DNA of 64,000 nucleotides from a virus (Duplodnaviria > Caudoviricetes), in the IMG/VR virus record IMGVR_UViG_3300011862_000001, positions 64,001 to 128,000 of that record, one strand, 5' to 3'. Positions 48,004 through 57,789 of this stretch are shown piece by piece. The notes under the pieces were generated by a model. It had not been told where the DNA came from, searched no databases, and worked only from the letters and a program-made list of their open reading frames with translations. The position numbers were made by a program, and so were the translations under genes. Position 1 is the first letter of the stretch. Every line of letters begins with the position of its first letter.

Positions 48004-48507
48004 ATGCGTATCCGATTGATCGATCTAGCGTCTGTCGACAGACAGACCTCCTCTGTGACTTTGACCTTTAAATCTTCTCAGCCTTTCGTCTTGAAAGTCC
48101 CTGAAGCAATACTGGTAGGATTGGCCATGGTTATCATGCGTGCCTATCACACTGCCACGACTTACCGTGTGAAGTACGGTGATTATCTGTTTGAAATCGA
48201 TGCACTCGACTACGAACAGTATCTGAGCCTCAAACACGTTTGGCAATGGCTTACCAACGAGGATTATACGCCGTATTCCAAAGTGTACAGTGCGGACTAT
48301 ACCGCGATGTGTCACTACTTTCGTAAACGTAACCAACGTACCCCTGCAATCTTTGATGGCATGGAGGTGATGCTGGTTCATCCTGCCGTCCAGAGTCGTT
48401 TGATGGAAGGTACCCTGTTGGTTCGCCAGACTCGCTATTGCGATGACCTTATCGAACCACTTGATAACGTTATGCCCCATGTCAACTTTACCCGGAAGGA
48501 AGCGTAA
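48004..48507 (+). CDS. hypothetical protein (167 aa)
   Basis: AAGGAG RBS. Confidence 0.75.
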   Translation: MRIRLIDLASVDRQTSSVTLTFKSSQPFVLKVPEAILVGLAMVIMRAYHTATTYRVKYGDYLFEIDALDYEQYLSLKHVWQWLTNEDYTPYSKVYSADYTAMCHYFRKRNQRTPAIFDGMEVMLVHPAVQSRLMEGTLLVRQTRYCDDLIEPLDNVMPHVNFTRKEA

Positions 48508-48878
48508 TGCCAAAATCGTTAGACTTCTCTTTAAAGATGGAAGCCATTGTCTATCCGGTGATGCGCTTTAAATCCGGCCAGTCAGCAGAAATCAAATTGC
48601 AGGTGGTCATGGAAGACCTGGAAGCGGCCCTGGTGCAATTGGGTGACCGTAACTACCGTGGCCCGGTACAGATTCGCATGGCCGTTCCCTGGTACGGACG
48701 GGATATGTTTGCGGGCAATCGCATGGACCACGTTCTGTTCGAAGTGGACTTTAGGGAAGTCACCTGCATGGTGATTACCGACACTATTGAAACCTTCACC
48801 TTCTCACGCCAGACCTTCGTCAGCTATCTGCGCTCGGTGGTGAAAGAAATCAATAAACGTAAGGACAGCTTAGAATGA
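48507..48878 (+). CDS. hypothetical protein (123 aa)
   Basis: TAATG coupling and AAGGA RBS. Confidence 0.75.
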   Translation: MPKSLDFSLKMEAIVYPVMRFKSGQSAEIKLQVVMEDLEAALVQLGDRNYRGPVQIRMAVPWYGRDMFAGNRMDHVLFEVDFREVTCMVITDTIETFTFSRQTFVSYLRSVVKEINKRKDSLE

Positions 48879-49132
48879 TTACCTCGCTGTTGGAAGACAT
48901 CAATCGGGTGTATGTCGAGATGTATCCCAAGCGTAATATCGAACTGATTAACTTCCACACCTGCGAACGTCAACTCCTTGCCGACAAGACGTGGATAAAG
49001 ACACCCATGGATGACACGGGCATCTGTTTCGGTGTCGCGATGTTTGCACAAGACTATCTCCGTCTGCACGGTGTGGCGATACAGGCAGCCGTGAAGCCAT
49101 TGTCAATCACATCACGCCGGAACTGTACATGA
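48875..49132 (+). CDS. hypothetical protein (85 aa)
   Basis: ATGA overlap and AAGGA RBS. Confidence 0.65.
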   Translation: MITSLLEDINRVYVEMYPKRNIELINFHTCERQLLADKTWIKTPMDDTGICFGVAMFAQDYLRLHGVAIQAAVKPLSITSRRNCT

Positions 49133-49173
49133 CATTAGAAACCACACTTCACTATCCCCAGAAGGAGTATTAA

Positions 49174-49734
49174 TTGAAAATTTCGATGATTGCTGCCGTT
49201 GACCGTAACAACGCCATCGGCAAAGACAACAAGCTCGCCTGGCGTTTACCCGCCGACCTGGAAAACTTCAAAGCCCTGACCAGCGGCAAGATTATCATCA
49301 TGGGGCGCAAGACCTGGGACTCGCTCGGTCGTAAGCCATTACCCAACCGCAAGAGTATTGTGGTGAGCAGTAACCCGCGTGGTGTGCTGTTAGCGGATAT
49401 CCCGCAAGATAATGGAGTGGTGGCCGTGCCGAGCTTACACGAAGCGCGACGTTGCGCACAACTCCTTATCGACAACGGTGGCTACCCGCAAGAGGTGTTC
49501 GTGATTGGAGGTGGACAGATTTATAGCGCCTTCCTGCCGATTGCTGACAGTATCTATCTTTCCCGGATAGACCTGGCGGTAGAAGACCCGGATGCGTTCT
49601 TCCCGGAAATCGACCGTGACGACTGGCAGCTGGAAATCTCGCTGCGCCATCTCAAAGACGGGTTCAAGCACACGCACGACTGGCACTACCAAATCTGGAA
49701 CCGTATCGCTGCCAGGGAAATCAAAGGGGTATAA
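49174..49734 (+). CDS. folA: dihydrofolate reductase
   Basis: ISMIAA..N.AIG..NKLAWRLPADL..FK, IMGRKTWDSLGRKPLPNR, VIGGGQIY, DAFFP. Confidence 0.97.
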   Translation: MKISMIAAVDRNNAIGKDNKLAWRLPADLENFKALTSGKIIIMGRKTWDSLGRKPLPNRKSIVVSSNPRGVLLADIPQDNGVVAVPSLHEARRCAQLLIDNGGYPQEVFVIGGGQIYSAFLPIADSIYLSRIDLAVEDPDAFFPEIDRDDWQLEISLRHLKDGFKHTHDWHYQIWNRIAAREIKGV

Positions 49735-49745
49735 CAGAACTAACC

Positions 49746-49773
49746 GGGAGCTTCGGCTCCCTGTTTTTTTTTT
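49746..49773 (+). terminator. intrinsic terminator
   Basis: GGGAGC-TTCG-GCTCCC and T tract. Confidence 0.9.
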
Positions 49774-49821
49774 GTTTCTACACCACCGACCAGTGATATG
49801 TACAGAATGAGGGACAAGCCA

Positions 49822-51339
49822 ATGCAACAGTATTTTGAAGTACCATCGCTGGACTTGACCGTGCGTAAATCAGTGATTGACGGGATAGTGCAGCGCGTCC
49901 TGAACGAGTCGGGGATAGAACAGCCGGATATCGTTTACCTGGATACCTTTAACACAGCCCATCAGCCCGACTCCACGCTAGGCGACGAGACCAAAGTAGA
50001 GTACAGCTCGACGCAGCGCGTGTATGTCGAAGTGGAAGAAGAGCGTGATGAGATGGCGCGCATTAACCGAGCTATCGGCATGGGGAATGAAATCCCGTTC
50101 TTTAATAACCCGGTAGACCAAGTCAAAGCGTGGGCGATTCGCACCAACTACAAAGTGCGCATTACTCTGCGTCGCAATTCGCAATCCCAGGACGAACTGC
50201 TGCGTTGGACCAACCGGTTAAACAGCTTAATCGATATGGGTCGCTATGCGCTGGTAACCGAGTCGGAAGCCTACTATTTTATTCCCAAGCCGTTATTGAA
50301 GTTATTGAACGAAGCGTATTTGGCCTCCGAAGTCCGGGTACCGAAATACGAGAAGTTCGTGGATTACCTGAAAGCCTATTTCCACCCGTCGGTATTTGTC
50401 GCCGGTAACGTCGCCGGTGGTCAAGCCACACTTGCGGTACGCTACTCGCCTACCCGTGTGGAAGTGGTGTATGACGTCACACCACCTGCCTGGGAGAAAG
50501 ACGAGAAGCACTACGAAGCCACCTTTACCGTGGACTTCGAATACCAGAAGCCGGAAGAAGTCGGGTGCGCTTACCCGTACATCATCAACCAGACCCCGTT
50601 GCCGGAAGAATACCAGCCGGAGATTGACCCACCGTGGATGGCCGAAGAAGAAGCGATTGAGCGCTCCGAGCAGCAGAAAGAGTTTGACGGGACCTGGTGG
50701 GATAATGAATCCCGCAAGTTGATTCGTCTGCCGTATCTGTTGTGTCCGAAAGAACAGTTCCACCGCACCCACACGCCGATTGAGCGTATCTCGCTGCCTA
50801 TCTTTGGCACCGACGTCTGCTTTGGTGAAGACAACATGGCACATCCAGTGGTGTGTACCACTGACGATTTGCCCTACGTCTGGAACCCGGTGTTACTGCC
50901 GTATATCGAACACTGCCGTATCATCGACCCCACCGGGCAGAAAGGCGTGTTTCGCATGGAGCTGTTTGAAGACGGGGTCTTAGTGCAGCCGAGTGCCTAC
51001 CACTGGGAAGGCAACGAGTTCTCAGTGCGTCACGACATCCAGGTGAACAAAAGTTATTTCTTGACCGAGCGGGTGATTCACGATTGGCGAGGACTGGACT
51101 TGTGGCCGCTGCAACGCTACCCGAAAGCCGCTGAGCTACTGATTAAGTGGTTGTTCCCGCAGTGGGATACCCCAGATTGGTGGTGGGACTTACCGGTACT
51201 GCCGCCGGGTGTGTGGGATGAAATTGAAAAGCAAACCGTCTACCCGGAAAAAGGGTTGTTCTTGACGGTGTTCAACACAACAATCATTGCAATACGAGGT
51301 GTGAGCGATGCTACAAGCGAACGGGAAGGGGAACACTAA
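49822..51339 (+). CDS. virion structural protein (neck/tail-terminator candidate; phiKZ gp98-like by position)
   Basis: Long beta-rich ORF heading a four-gene coupled operon; synteny only. Confidence 0.55.
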   Translation: MQQYFEVPSLDLTVRKSVIDGIVQRVLNESGIEQPDIVYLDTFNTAHQPDSTLGDETKVEYSSTQRVYVEVEEERDEMARINRAIGMGNEIPFFNNPVDQVKAWAIRTNYKVRITLRRNSQSQDELLRWTNRLNSLIDMGRYALVTESEAYYFIPKPLLKLLNEAYLASEVRVPKYEKFVDYLKAYFHPSVFVAGNVAGGQATLAVRYSPTRVEVVYDVTPPAWEKDEKHYEATFTVDFEYQKPEEVGCAYPYIINQTPLPEEYQPEIDPPWMAEEEAIERSEQQKEFDGTWWDNESRKLIRLPYLLCPKEQFHRTHTPIERISLPIFGTDVCFGEDNMAHPVVCTTDDLPYVWNPVLLPYIEHCRIIDPTGQKGVFRMELFEDGVLVQPSAYHWEGNEFSVRHDIQVNKSYFLTERVIHDWRGLDLWPLQRYPKAAELLIKWLFPQWDTPDWWWDLPVLPPGVWDEIEKQTVYPEKGLFLTVFNTTIIAIRGVSDATSEREGEH

Positions 51340-52639
51340 GTTTATTCCCCCGGAACCAGCGACCCCGGTTCTCAACCAACCTCAGGATGGGGTGAAAGAA
51401 AAGACTAACATCGTCACCAACCCGGAACGGACCACGGTGGTCGATATGGAGCGGGTGCCTAAAACCCAGATGCTCCAGTTTGTTGAAGGGTCGTCCTGGA
51501 CTATTCTTAACTGGTACCGCTCGTTAAAAGGCAAGAACGACCCCAAACAGTTGTTCGACCCGAAAGTGGAAAACCCGACCCAACAGTTCGATTGTATCCA
51601 CAACCTTGAGCTGCGTGTCACCTCACCGCTTGAGCGTAGTCAGGATGGGGAAAACAAAACCTATACTCTGACGGGTTCGGCAACCGTGGTCAACTCGGTG
51701 CCGGTAAACGAAGCCGATTTATTCACCGCCACTATCGGCGATGGTCGTATCGGTCTTTTTACCGTGACCGCGTCGATGCGCCCGTCCAACAACAAAATCT
51801 CGACCTACCAGATAGAGTACGGGATGTTGTTTGAGCTCACCGAGTTCCACCAACGCATTCTGAACCAGTGTACGGTGCGTGAGTTCTACTACATCAAAGA
51901 GCGCGCCTACACCAACAGTGACACGCTGCTCAGTCCGAATGAGTATCGTCAGTTCCTGCAAGTCGGTGAGTATTTAAAAGCCATTGAAGAAACCTACGTC
52001 AAGCGCTTTTATAATGCCGATGCACAGACGCTGTTGTACCCCAACCAAACCTGGGGTTACGCCTACGATGTGTTCCTGGCGCTCTTCGTCCGTGACATTG
52101 GACTTAAGATGGTTGGCAAGGACATTCGTATCTATCCGCATCAGCGTACCAACGTCAAAGACGTGGAAACCCTGTTCTCGCTTATCATCAAACAAAGCGC
52201 GTTGTTCTTAAGTGATGCTAACCGGGTTAACCGGCCGTATCTCACCAGTTCGTTTCGCACGTTGCAAACCAGCAACAGTGTGGCCTGGTCGAAGATTGAG
52301 GTGACACGCTTCTTTGATGAAGACATGCCACAGGCACAGCGGGAAGGGAACTGGGAGCCGTTCACGGCGTTTGCCCCGACGCTTTATAAGCTTGCGGGCA
52401 GTGGCGATGAGCTGCCGTTGTTCAACCCGATAACCTATACCCCGTACGTGCTCTCTGAGGCGTTCTATAACGGCGGCTACACGTCGGTGTTGGAATACGC
52501 AGTGATGCTCTACCTTACCAATAAACCACTCTCCAGCGAGCTCGCAGTGGCCTTAGCGGCCGAGGTACACAAACTGCCTCGTGATAGCCAGTTCTACTAC
52601 GTGCCGTTGGTGTATGTGTTATTGAAGTATGCGAGGTAA
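51308..52639 (+). CDS. virion structural protein (neck candidate; phiKZ gp99-like by position)
   Basis: GAGGTG RBS; synteny only. Confidence 0.55.
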   Translation: MLQANGKGNTKFIPPEPATPVLNQPQDGVKEKTNIVTNPERTTVVDMERVPKTQMLQFVEGSSWTILNWYRSLKGKNDPKQLFDPKVENPTQQFDCIHNLELRVTSPLERSQDGENKTYTLTGSATVVNSVPVNEADLFTATIGDGRIGLFTVTASMRPSNNKISTYQIEYGMLFELTEFHQRILNQCTVREFYYIKERAYTNSDTLLSPNEYRQFLQVGEYLKAIEETYVKRFYNADAQTLLYPNQTWGYAYDVFLALFVRDIGLKMVGKDIRIYPHQRTNVKDVETLFSLIIKQSALFLSDANRVNRPYLTSSFRTLQTSNSVAWSKIEVTRFFDEDMPQAQREGNWEPFTAFAPTLYKLAGSGDELPLFNPITYTPYVLSEAFYNGGYTSVLEYAVMLYLTNKPLSSELAVALAAEVHKLPRDSQFYYVPLVYVLLKYAR

Positions 52640-52641
52640 GT

Positions 52642-53184
52642 ATGGCCGATAACAAAAGCGCAGCGTATTATCTCTTTCACGCCTGGGTCGGTTGGCGGAT
52701 TCCTGAGTATGCCACCATGACCCGCTTCGCCACCGAAGTCCACGGTGTGTTTTTGCCCGAAGACCGCAACAAGGCAAAGGCGCTGCTGTTGAACAAAAAG
52801 TTTGTCATGTACCGTCCGTTTGAAATCGCCGACTATGTCACCTCAGGTGGGGCGTTAGACATTAACGACCCTAACGATGCGATAAAGGTCTACGGCTGGA
52901 TTATGGAACACATGTCCAACTGGCTACACCATCTGGAAACCCCGCAGATGTTACCGAAGCCCACCCCGATGATAGGACTGCGTAAGTTCAACAACCTCGC
53001 TAACATGCTGTTCCCGGTTGCTAACCGCTACGGTTACTTTAAGAAGTCTGAGGTGACGATGTCTGGTGCGCTCCAGTCGTTGTTTACGCCTGACGTGCAA
53101 GTTGAGCAAGCCCGTCATCGGTTTAATGATACCATCATGCGCCGTATCGAAGCGGCACATCGTCGTGGCGGAGGTGTGCGATGA
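52642..53184 (+). CDS. conserved hypothetical protein (180 aa)
   Basis: GAGGT RBS; in operon. Confidence 0.7.
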   Translation: MADNKSAAYYLFHAWVGWRIPEYATMTRFATEVHGVFLPEDRNKAKALLLNKKFVMYRPFEIADYVTSGGALDINDPNDAIKVYGWIMEHMSNWLHHLETPQMLPKPTPMIGLRKFNNLANMLFPVANRYGYFKKSEVTMSGALQSLFTPDVQVEQARHRFNDTIMRRIEAAHRRGGGVR

Positions 53185-54488
53185 TTCCACGCTTTCAACA
53201 GCTGGTCAACGCCCATATCGCCCAAGCGGTCGGGATGCCTCCCTTGACGTACGATGCGGTGGTGACGGTAAAAGGGTTGCCGTTGACGATTATCAAAGTC
53301 CACTCGGTGATTCACAGTGAGGATTACCTCAACAACATCACCGGACTGTGTCATGTCACCGCGTTCATTCCACTCACCCAAATGCGTATCGCGACCTCCT
53401 CAGCCGATGGCGATTTGCGGGTGCAGTTGATTGTCCGTTATGGCAACGGCAAGCTGGCAGGGGTGATGTCGTATCGGGGGATTGTTATCAATAACCGTAA
53501 CCGCGATATGGAAGCCCCAACCGCCTTCCTCGGTGAGTCCGGCGATAAGTCACTCTCGATGGTGACCTTTGAGCTGATGGAAGAGAACGTGTGGTACCTG
53601 CGCACCCAAAACGTGCGGGTCAACTATCACGAGACCGACCCCCTTACCGTGGCGCGCAAAATCCTGGCGGATACTTGCACCACGTCGGGTTCAGAAGGGG
53701 CCGAGGCGTTATCGCTGGACTACGAGCAAGATGAGCAACAGATGTACAAGGATATTCTGCTGCCGGACTCAACCACCTTTCTCGGGGTGTTTGATAAACT
53801 GCAAAAGAACTACGGCATCTACAGCAAAGGACTTGGCGTCTACCACCATCAAAAGCGCTGGTATCTGTTTCAGCCGTTTGATTTGGAGAAGTTCAACAAC
53901 GCCAAAGAAAAGCTCGTCATCATGAACTTACCGCGTGAGATGTCAGCCCATCTCGACAAAACCATCCACCGCACGCCGGGCGTCACTTACCTGATTACCG
54001 GGGGTGACAGTCGTACCGTCGAGAACCGCGATGATAACGCCCTGAACCGTGGCACAGGCTATCGGGTAGGGTCGATACGTGCACTCGATAATCGCGCCTC
54101 CTCGTTTACGCCAGGCGGTGTGAGTATGACTACCCCGGATAAGTTCGTCTCCCAAGCGAACCCGGTCGAGTACGCGGGTAAGATTGTCAATGCGCCGGTG
54201 GCCAAAGAACACTTTACCGATAACGATAAACCCCTGCGCTCAAAGCTTGCGGGTACCCTCGGTACGGTGGCGAAGGTCACCTGGAACTTTTCCACCTACG
54301 GGTTAGTGAAACCGGGGATGGCGGTGAAGTACATGTACGCCAACGAGTTTGGTATTTACTCCAAGTACGGTACGGTCATCGGCGAAGTGTTTCACGCCAT
54401 GGTGGATGGCGGCGGATTAGCGTCTGGTCGCTACAACACCCAAACCGAATTGACATTGTGGTTGGGTGATCAAAAAATTACGGCATAA
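53181..54488 (+). CDS. virion structural protein, baseplate-hub (gp27/GPD-like) candidate
   Basis: GGAGGT RBS, ATGA overlap; C-terminal VKPGMAV...YGTVIGEVFH...TELTL pattern seen in hub proteins. Confidence 0.55.
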   Translation: MIPRFQQLVNAHIAQAVGMPPLTYDAVVTVKGLPLTIIKVHSVIHSEDYLNNITGLCHVTAFIPLTQMRIATSSADGDLRVQLIVRYGNGKLAGVMSYRGIVINNRNRDMEAPTAFLGESGDKSLSMVTFELMEENVWYLRTQNVRVNYHETDPLTVARKILADTCTTSGSEGAEALSLDYEQDEQQMYKDILLPDSTTFLGVFDKLQKNYGIYSKGLGVYHHQKRWYLFQPFDLEKFNNAKEKLVIMNLPREMSAHLDKTIHRTPGVTYLITGGDSRTVENRDDNALNRGTGYRVGSIRALDNRASSFTPGGVSMTTPDKFVSQANPVEYAGKIVNAPVAKEHFTDNDKPLRSKLAGTLGTVAKVTWNFSTYGLVKPGMAVKYMYANEFGIYSKYGTVIGEVFHAMVDGGGLASGRYNTQTELTLWLGDQKITA

Positions 54489-54531
54489 TCTCTCTATATG
54501 TCAACCGTTAACCAAAAGGACATTTTGCAGA

Positions 54532-55329
54532 ATGAATACTATCTACTGCCTCCGTATGCCAGGTCAACTGATCCAGGCTATCGATGCTCACGAACAGGCC
54601 AACTTTTCCAAACCCTCTAAGCTGTTTGAGCGTATTGTCAAAACGCTTCCGGGTGTCGGTGAAGTGGAACTGCTGTACGTGATGGCAAGCAGTCAGGATA
54701 AAACCATCTCCATCATCCACCGTGTGGATGGCGTAGAAGCCTGTAAGTCACTGCCTATCCATGAACCGGGTACGCTTGGTAACTTACTGTTCCTGCACTG
54801 CATGACAACGCTGCCGGTTTGGATGGCGTTGAGTGGTCAAGTCGATTTTGATTACATTTATTTCTACGCGCAGAAGTTGGCCAATCAGATTGATGTTAAC
54901 GACATCACCACCCTGCCGCAGTACGTTCAACGTATCACGCCAGAAATGGTAGCACGTCAGGGCGACGATTGCGTATTCAACATGTTCCGCTTTGTCAGCG
55001 TCGGTGAATCCCGTGACCCGGAATACACCGTGGCAATGCGTGCCTGTGTACGCTACGTGGCACGTTCGGTTTCCAAAGAGCTGAACACCAACTTCAACGA
55101 AGTGTATCCGGTGCTGCAATTCGGCCCGTACATCACCTTCAACTCCTACGTCCCGCATTGGGCGCAGATTCTTGGCCCGGTAGATAACGAGAACATTCTG
55201 CCGATTGCTGAAGAGTTGGATCTGTATGCCAAAGACTCTGTTACTGTCGTTGGCCAAAACCGCGTAACCTACCACGCGCTGTACGGTCTGCAAGAAAAAC
55301 CGGCCATTCCGCTAATGACCACGCTGTAA
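54532..55329 (+). CDS. hypothetical protein (265 aa)
   Basis: AAGGA RBS before ATG 54532; good codon bias; terminator follows. Confidence 0.75.
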   Translation: MNTIYCLRMPGQLIQAIDAHEQANFSKPSKLFERIVKTLPGVGEVELLYVMASSQDKTISIIHRVDGVEACKSLPIHEPGTLGNLLFLHCMTTLPVWMALSGQVDFDYIYFYAQKLANQIDVNDITTLPQYVQRITPEMVARQGDDCVFNMFRFVSVGESRDPEYTVAMRACVRYVARSVSKELNTNFNEVYPVLQFGPYITFNSYVPHWAQILGPVDNENILPIAEELDLYAKDSVTVVGQNRVTYHALYGLQEKPAIPLMTTL

Positions 55330-55333
55330 CTGA

Positions 55334-55366
55334 ATACCTGATCTCTTCGGAGGTCAGGTATCCTTT
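55334..55366 (+). terminator. intrinsic terminator
   Basis: ATACCTGATCTC-TTCG-GAGGTCAGGTAT. Confidence 0.8.
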
Positions 55367-55485
55367 AATTTAAATGGCCTATACGGCTTTGCGTAAGATG
55401 GACAGGTGATTTATCCTCTTAGTGGATAAAGCCGCTTAGAATGCGTTCTAGAGCGTTTTAAGGCTATATACGACGCAGATCGATT

Positions 55486-55518
55486 AAAAAAGATTTCAGA
55501 TATATATTACTTAGGTGA
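55486..55518 (+). promoter_or_regulatory. strong early promoter heading the cassette array
   Basis: Exact phiKZ-type TATATTAC (55503-55510), then N4-GTGA, with upstream A tract. Confidence 0.8.
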
Positions 55519-55567
55519 GAGTAAAGTATTAAACCCCTTTAAACATTGACCATCAAGGAATATTATC

Positions 55568-55843
55568 ATGGAAATTACTTCTAAATCTACTGCCTCTAAA
55601 TCCCAGAACAAAATCGCTGTTCAGGTTGACATGGTTATCGACAACATGCCGGTTAGCTTCGACATGAAGTTTATCGAAGACGAGAGCGGTGCACCGACTG
55701 CGGTTATGACCCTGACCCAACCGGGTGTGGATATTGCCGTCCACAGTCAAGTGGTGTGGGATTATCCTGCTGCCCTGAACATGATGGTACGTGTGTACAA
55801 ATCAGGCGAAGCCCTGGTTCACAACATCCACCACGCATTCTAA
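55568..55843 (+). CDS. early hypothetical protein (91 aa)
   Basis: Leader repeat with RBS; first gene after the early promoter. Confidence 0.8.
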   Translation: MEITSKSTASKSQNKIAVQVDMVIDNMPVSFDMKFIEDESGAPTAVMTLTQPGVDIAVHSQVVWDYPAALNMMVRVYKSGEALVHNIHHAF

Positions 55844-55868
55844 TCGTCTAGCCTTACGGAGAGCTACC

Positions 55869-56243
55869 ATGAATACTGAACAACGTGAACGTCTGACTAT
55901 CCTGCGTGCTAATCAAGCAGCACGTCGTGCAGCAATTCTGGCTGCTAACCAACCGCCTGAACCGGTTCGCATGACCGACGAACAGCGGGTACGTTTAGAA
56001 GAGCTGCGTGCGATTCGTGCCGAGCGTCAAAAGGCTACCCCGGCTGTGGTGTGCGAACCACCACGTAAGCCTGTGGCACCGGTGCGTATCACAGCCGAAC
56101 AACGCCAGCGGTTAGAAGAACTGCGCGCTGCCCGTGCTGCTCGTGAACAAGATATTGAAGCCGAGATTCTCAATGGCCCAGAGCTCATTGCAGAATTGAC
56201 GAGCCTGGTATTAAACACCCGCGAATTACTGCGTAACAACTAA
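55869..56243 (+). CDS. early protein with three T.EQR.RL..LRA repeats
   Basis: GGAG RBS before ATG 55869; internal repeats visible. Confidence 0.8.
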   Translation: MNTEQRERLTILRANQAARRAAILAANQPPEPVRMTDEQRVRLEELRAIRAERQKATPAVVCEPPRKPVAPVRITAEQRQRLEELRAARAAREQDIEAEILNGPELIAELTSLVLNTRELLRNN

Positions 56244-56281
56244 TCCACCCTTTTACTTAATTGACTATCAAGGAATACATC

Positions 56282-56833
56282 ATGAAAATCATCAACAAAA
56301 ACACCAACGTTATCACCGGCAACCTGGTAAAAACTATCCAGCCGAAATACTCTGCCTTCGTTGTGCAGGTGTACGATAACGTCATCACCATCCTTTATGG
56401 TGACGAACTGATTGCGTATCAGAACATCGACCACGATGCTCAAGACCGCGAGATTGAACTGGTGCAAGCCATGGATAGCGCCTACCGTAAAGCGGCACTG
56501 TTCCTGACCCTGAATAACCCGTTCTGTCTGAGCGCGCTGTATCGCCATATCGTGCGTCACTACACCGCCGACTCGGTTAAGCCGACCGTGTGGCCAAGCG
56601 ACAAGCATTACCTGCGTGGCATTATTAACATGACCACCCGGGCGAACGATATCGCACTGCCGGCTATCAGTGAAACCGAACTTGCCGATAGCACAGAGAA
56701 AGAATTCACCCTGTGCATCAGCCGCGACGGTCGCCTGTATACCCCAGACGGCACCAGCTTCCAGATTGAACTGGCGAATATCCTGACCAACCTCACAGTG
56801 GTAGGTCGTCCGGAATTAACGCCAAACTACTAA
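56282..56833 (+). CDS. early hypothetical protein, paralog A
   Basis: Leader repeat; shares TEKEFTLC, DGTSFQIE and GRPEL with 57181-57741. Confidence 0.85.
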   Translation: MKIINKNTNVITGNLVKTIQPKYSAFVVQVYDNVITILYGDELIAYQNIDHDAQDREIELVQAMDSAYRKAALFLTLNNPFCLSALYRHIVRHYTADSVKPTVWPSDKHYLRGIINMTTRANDIALPAISETELADSTEKEFTLCISRDGRLYTPDGTSFQIELANILTNLTVVGRPELTPNY

Positions 56834-56883
56834 TCGTAATCGGGGGGTCTAGCGCCCCCCATCGACTATCAAGGAATATTATC

Positions 56884-57138
56884 ATGGCCCTGACGCTGAC
56901 TGCTCGTACCACTGCTAACCTGTCTCGTATCGCTGAAAACTGCGAATCCGTTTCCCGTGCCTGTGCCGCAATGATGAGCACCTCGAAAAAGAGCACGCTG
57001 CTTAGCGAAGAACAAATGACGAAAATCGAAGCCACGAATGCGCTGTTCGAACAGTACGTGGCGGCGAACAAAGCCGGTGACTATGCCCTGGCACAACGCC
57101 TGTCCATCCGCTGGATGGCAGCAACCGCTGCACTGTAA
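56884..57138 (+). CDS. early hypothetical helical protein (84 aa)
   Basis: Leader repeat with RBS. Confidence 0.8.
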   Translation: MALTLTARTTANLSRIAENCESVSRACAAMMSTSKKSTLLSEEQMTKIEATNALFEQYVAANKAGDYALAQRLSIRWMAATAAL

Positions 57139-57180
57139 GACAACCCCCTTTCCCCCAAAAAGACTATCAAGGAACGCATC

Positions 57181-57741
57181 ATGAAAACTATCGAAACCAA
57201 AGCAATCAACTTCCGTGGCGATATCGTAGAAATCATCATCCCGAAATTCTCATCGTTCGTTGTAACGGTTAAAGAAGGTGGCGTCTCGATTAACTTCGCC
57301 GGTACCATCATTGGCCAGAAGCACATCAATACCGTGGGTCATGACGAAGACTTCGCCCGTCAGGTCGCGCTCGATACCGCGTATCGTGAAGCCATGGTGT
57401 GGTTGCTCATCAATGAGCGTTTCACGGTGCAAGCACTGTACCGTCATCTGGTACGCGCCACTTCCGACGGTCTGGTTGAGCCAGAAATGATTAACAGTGT
57501 CGCTGACCATGTGACCGGTATCATGAAGCTCACCAGCAAAGCCAACGACGTGACCATGCGTCTGCTGAGTGAAGTCGAACTCAACGATGCCACCGAAAAA
57601 GAATTCACCCTGTGCTTAACCCACGGCGGTGAAATCTTCACGCACGACGGCACCAGCTTCCAGATTGAAATGTTAAACGTATTGACAGGTTTGCCGGTAC
57701 TGGGTCGCCCAGAACTGAGCGACGTTGCCACCACCCACTAA
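57181..57741 (+). CDS. early hypothetical protein, paralog B
   Basis: Leader repeat; paralog of 56282-56833. Confidence 0.85.
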   Translation: MKTIETKAINFRGDIVEIIIPKFSSFVVTVKEGGVSINFAGTIIGQKHINTVGHDEDFARQVALDTAYREAMVWLLINERFTVQALYRHLVRATSDGLVEPEMINSVADHVTGIMKLTSKANDVTMRLLSEVELNDATEKEFTLCLTHGGEIFTHDGTSFQIEMLNVLTGLPVLGRPELSDVATTH

Positions 57742-57789
57742 TAAAAACTCGGGGGGCAACCGCCCCCATCGACTTTCAAGGACTATCTC

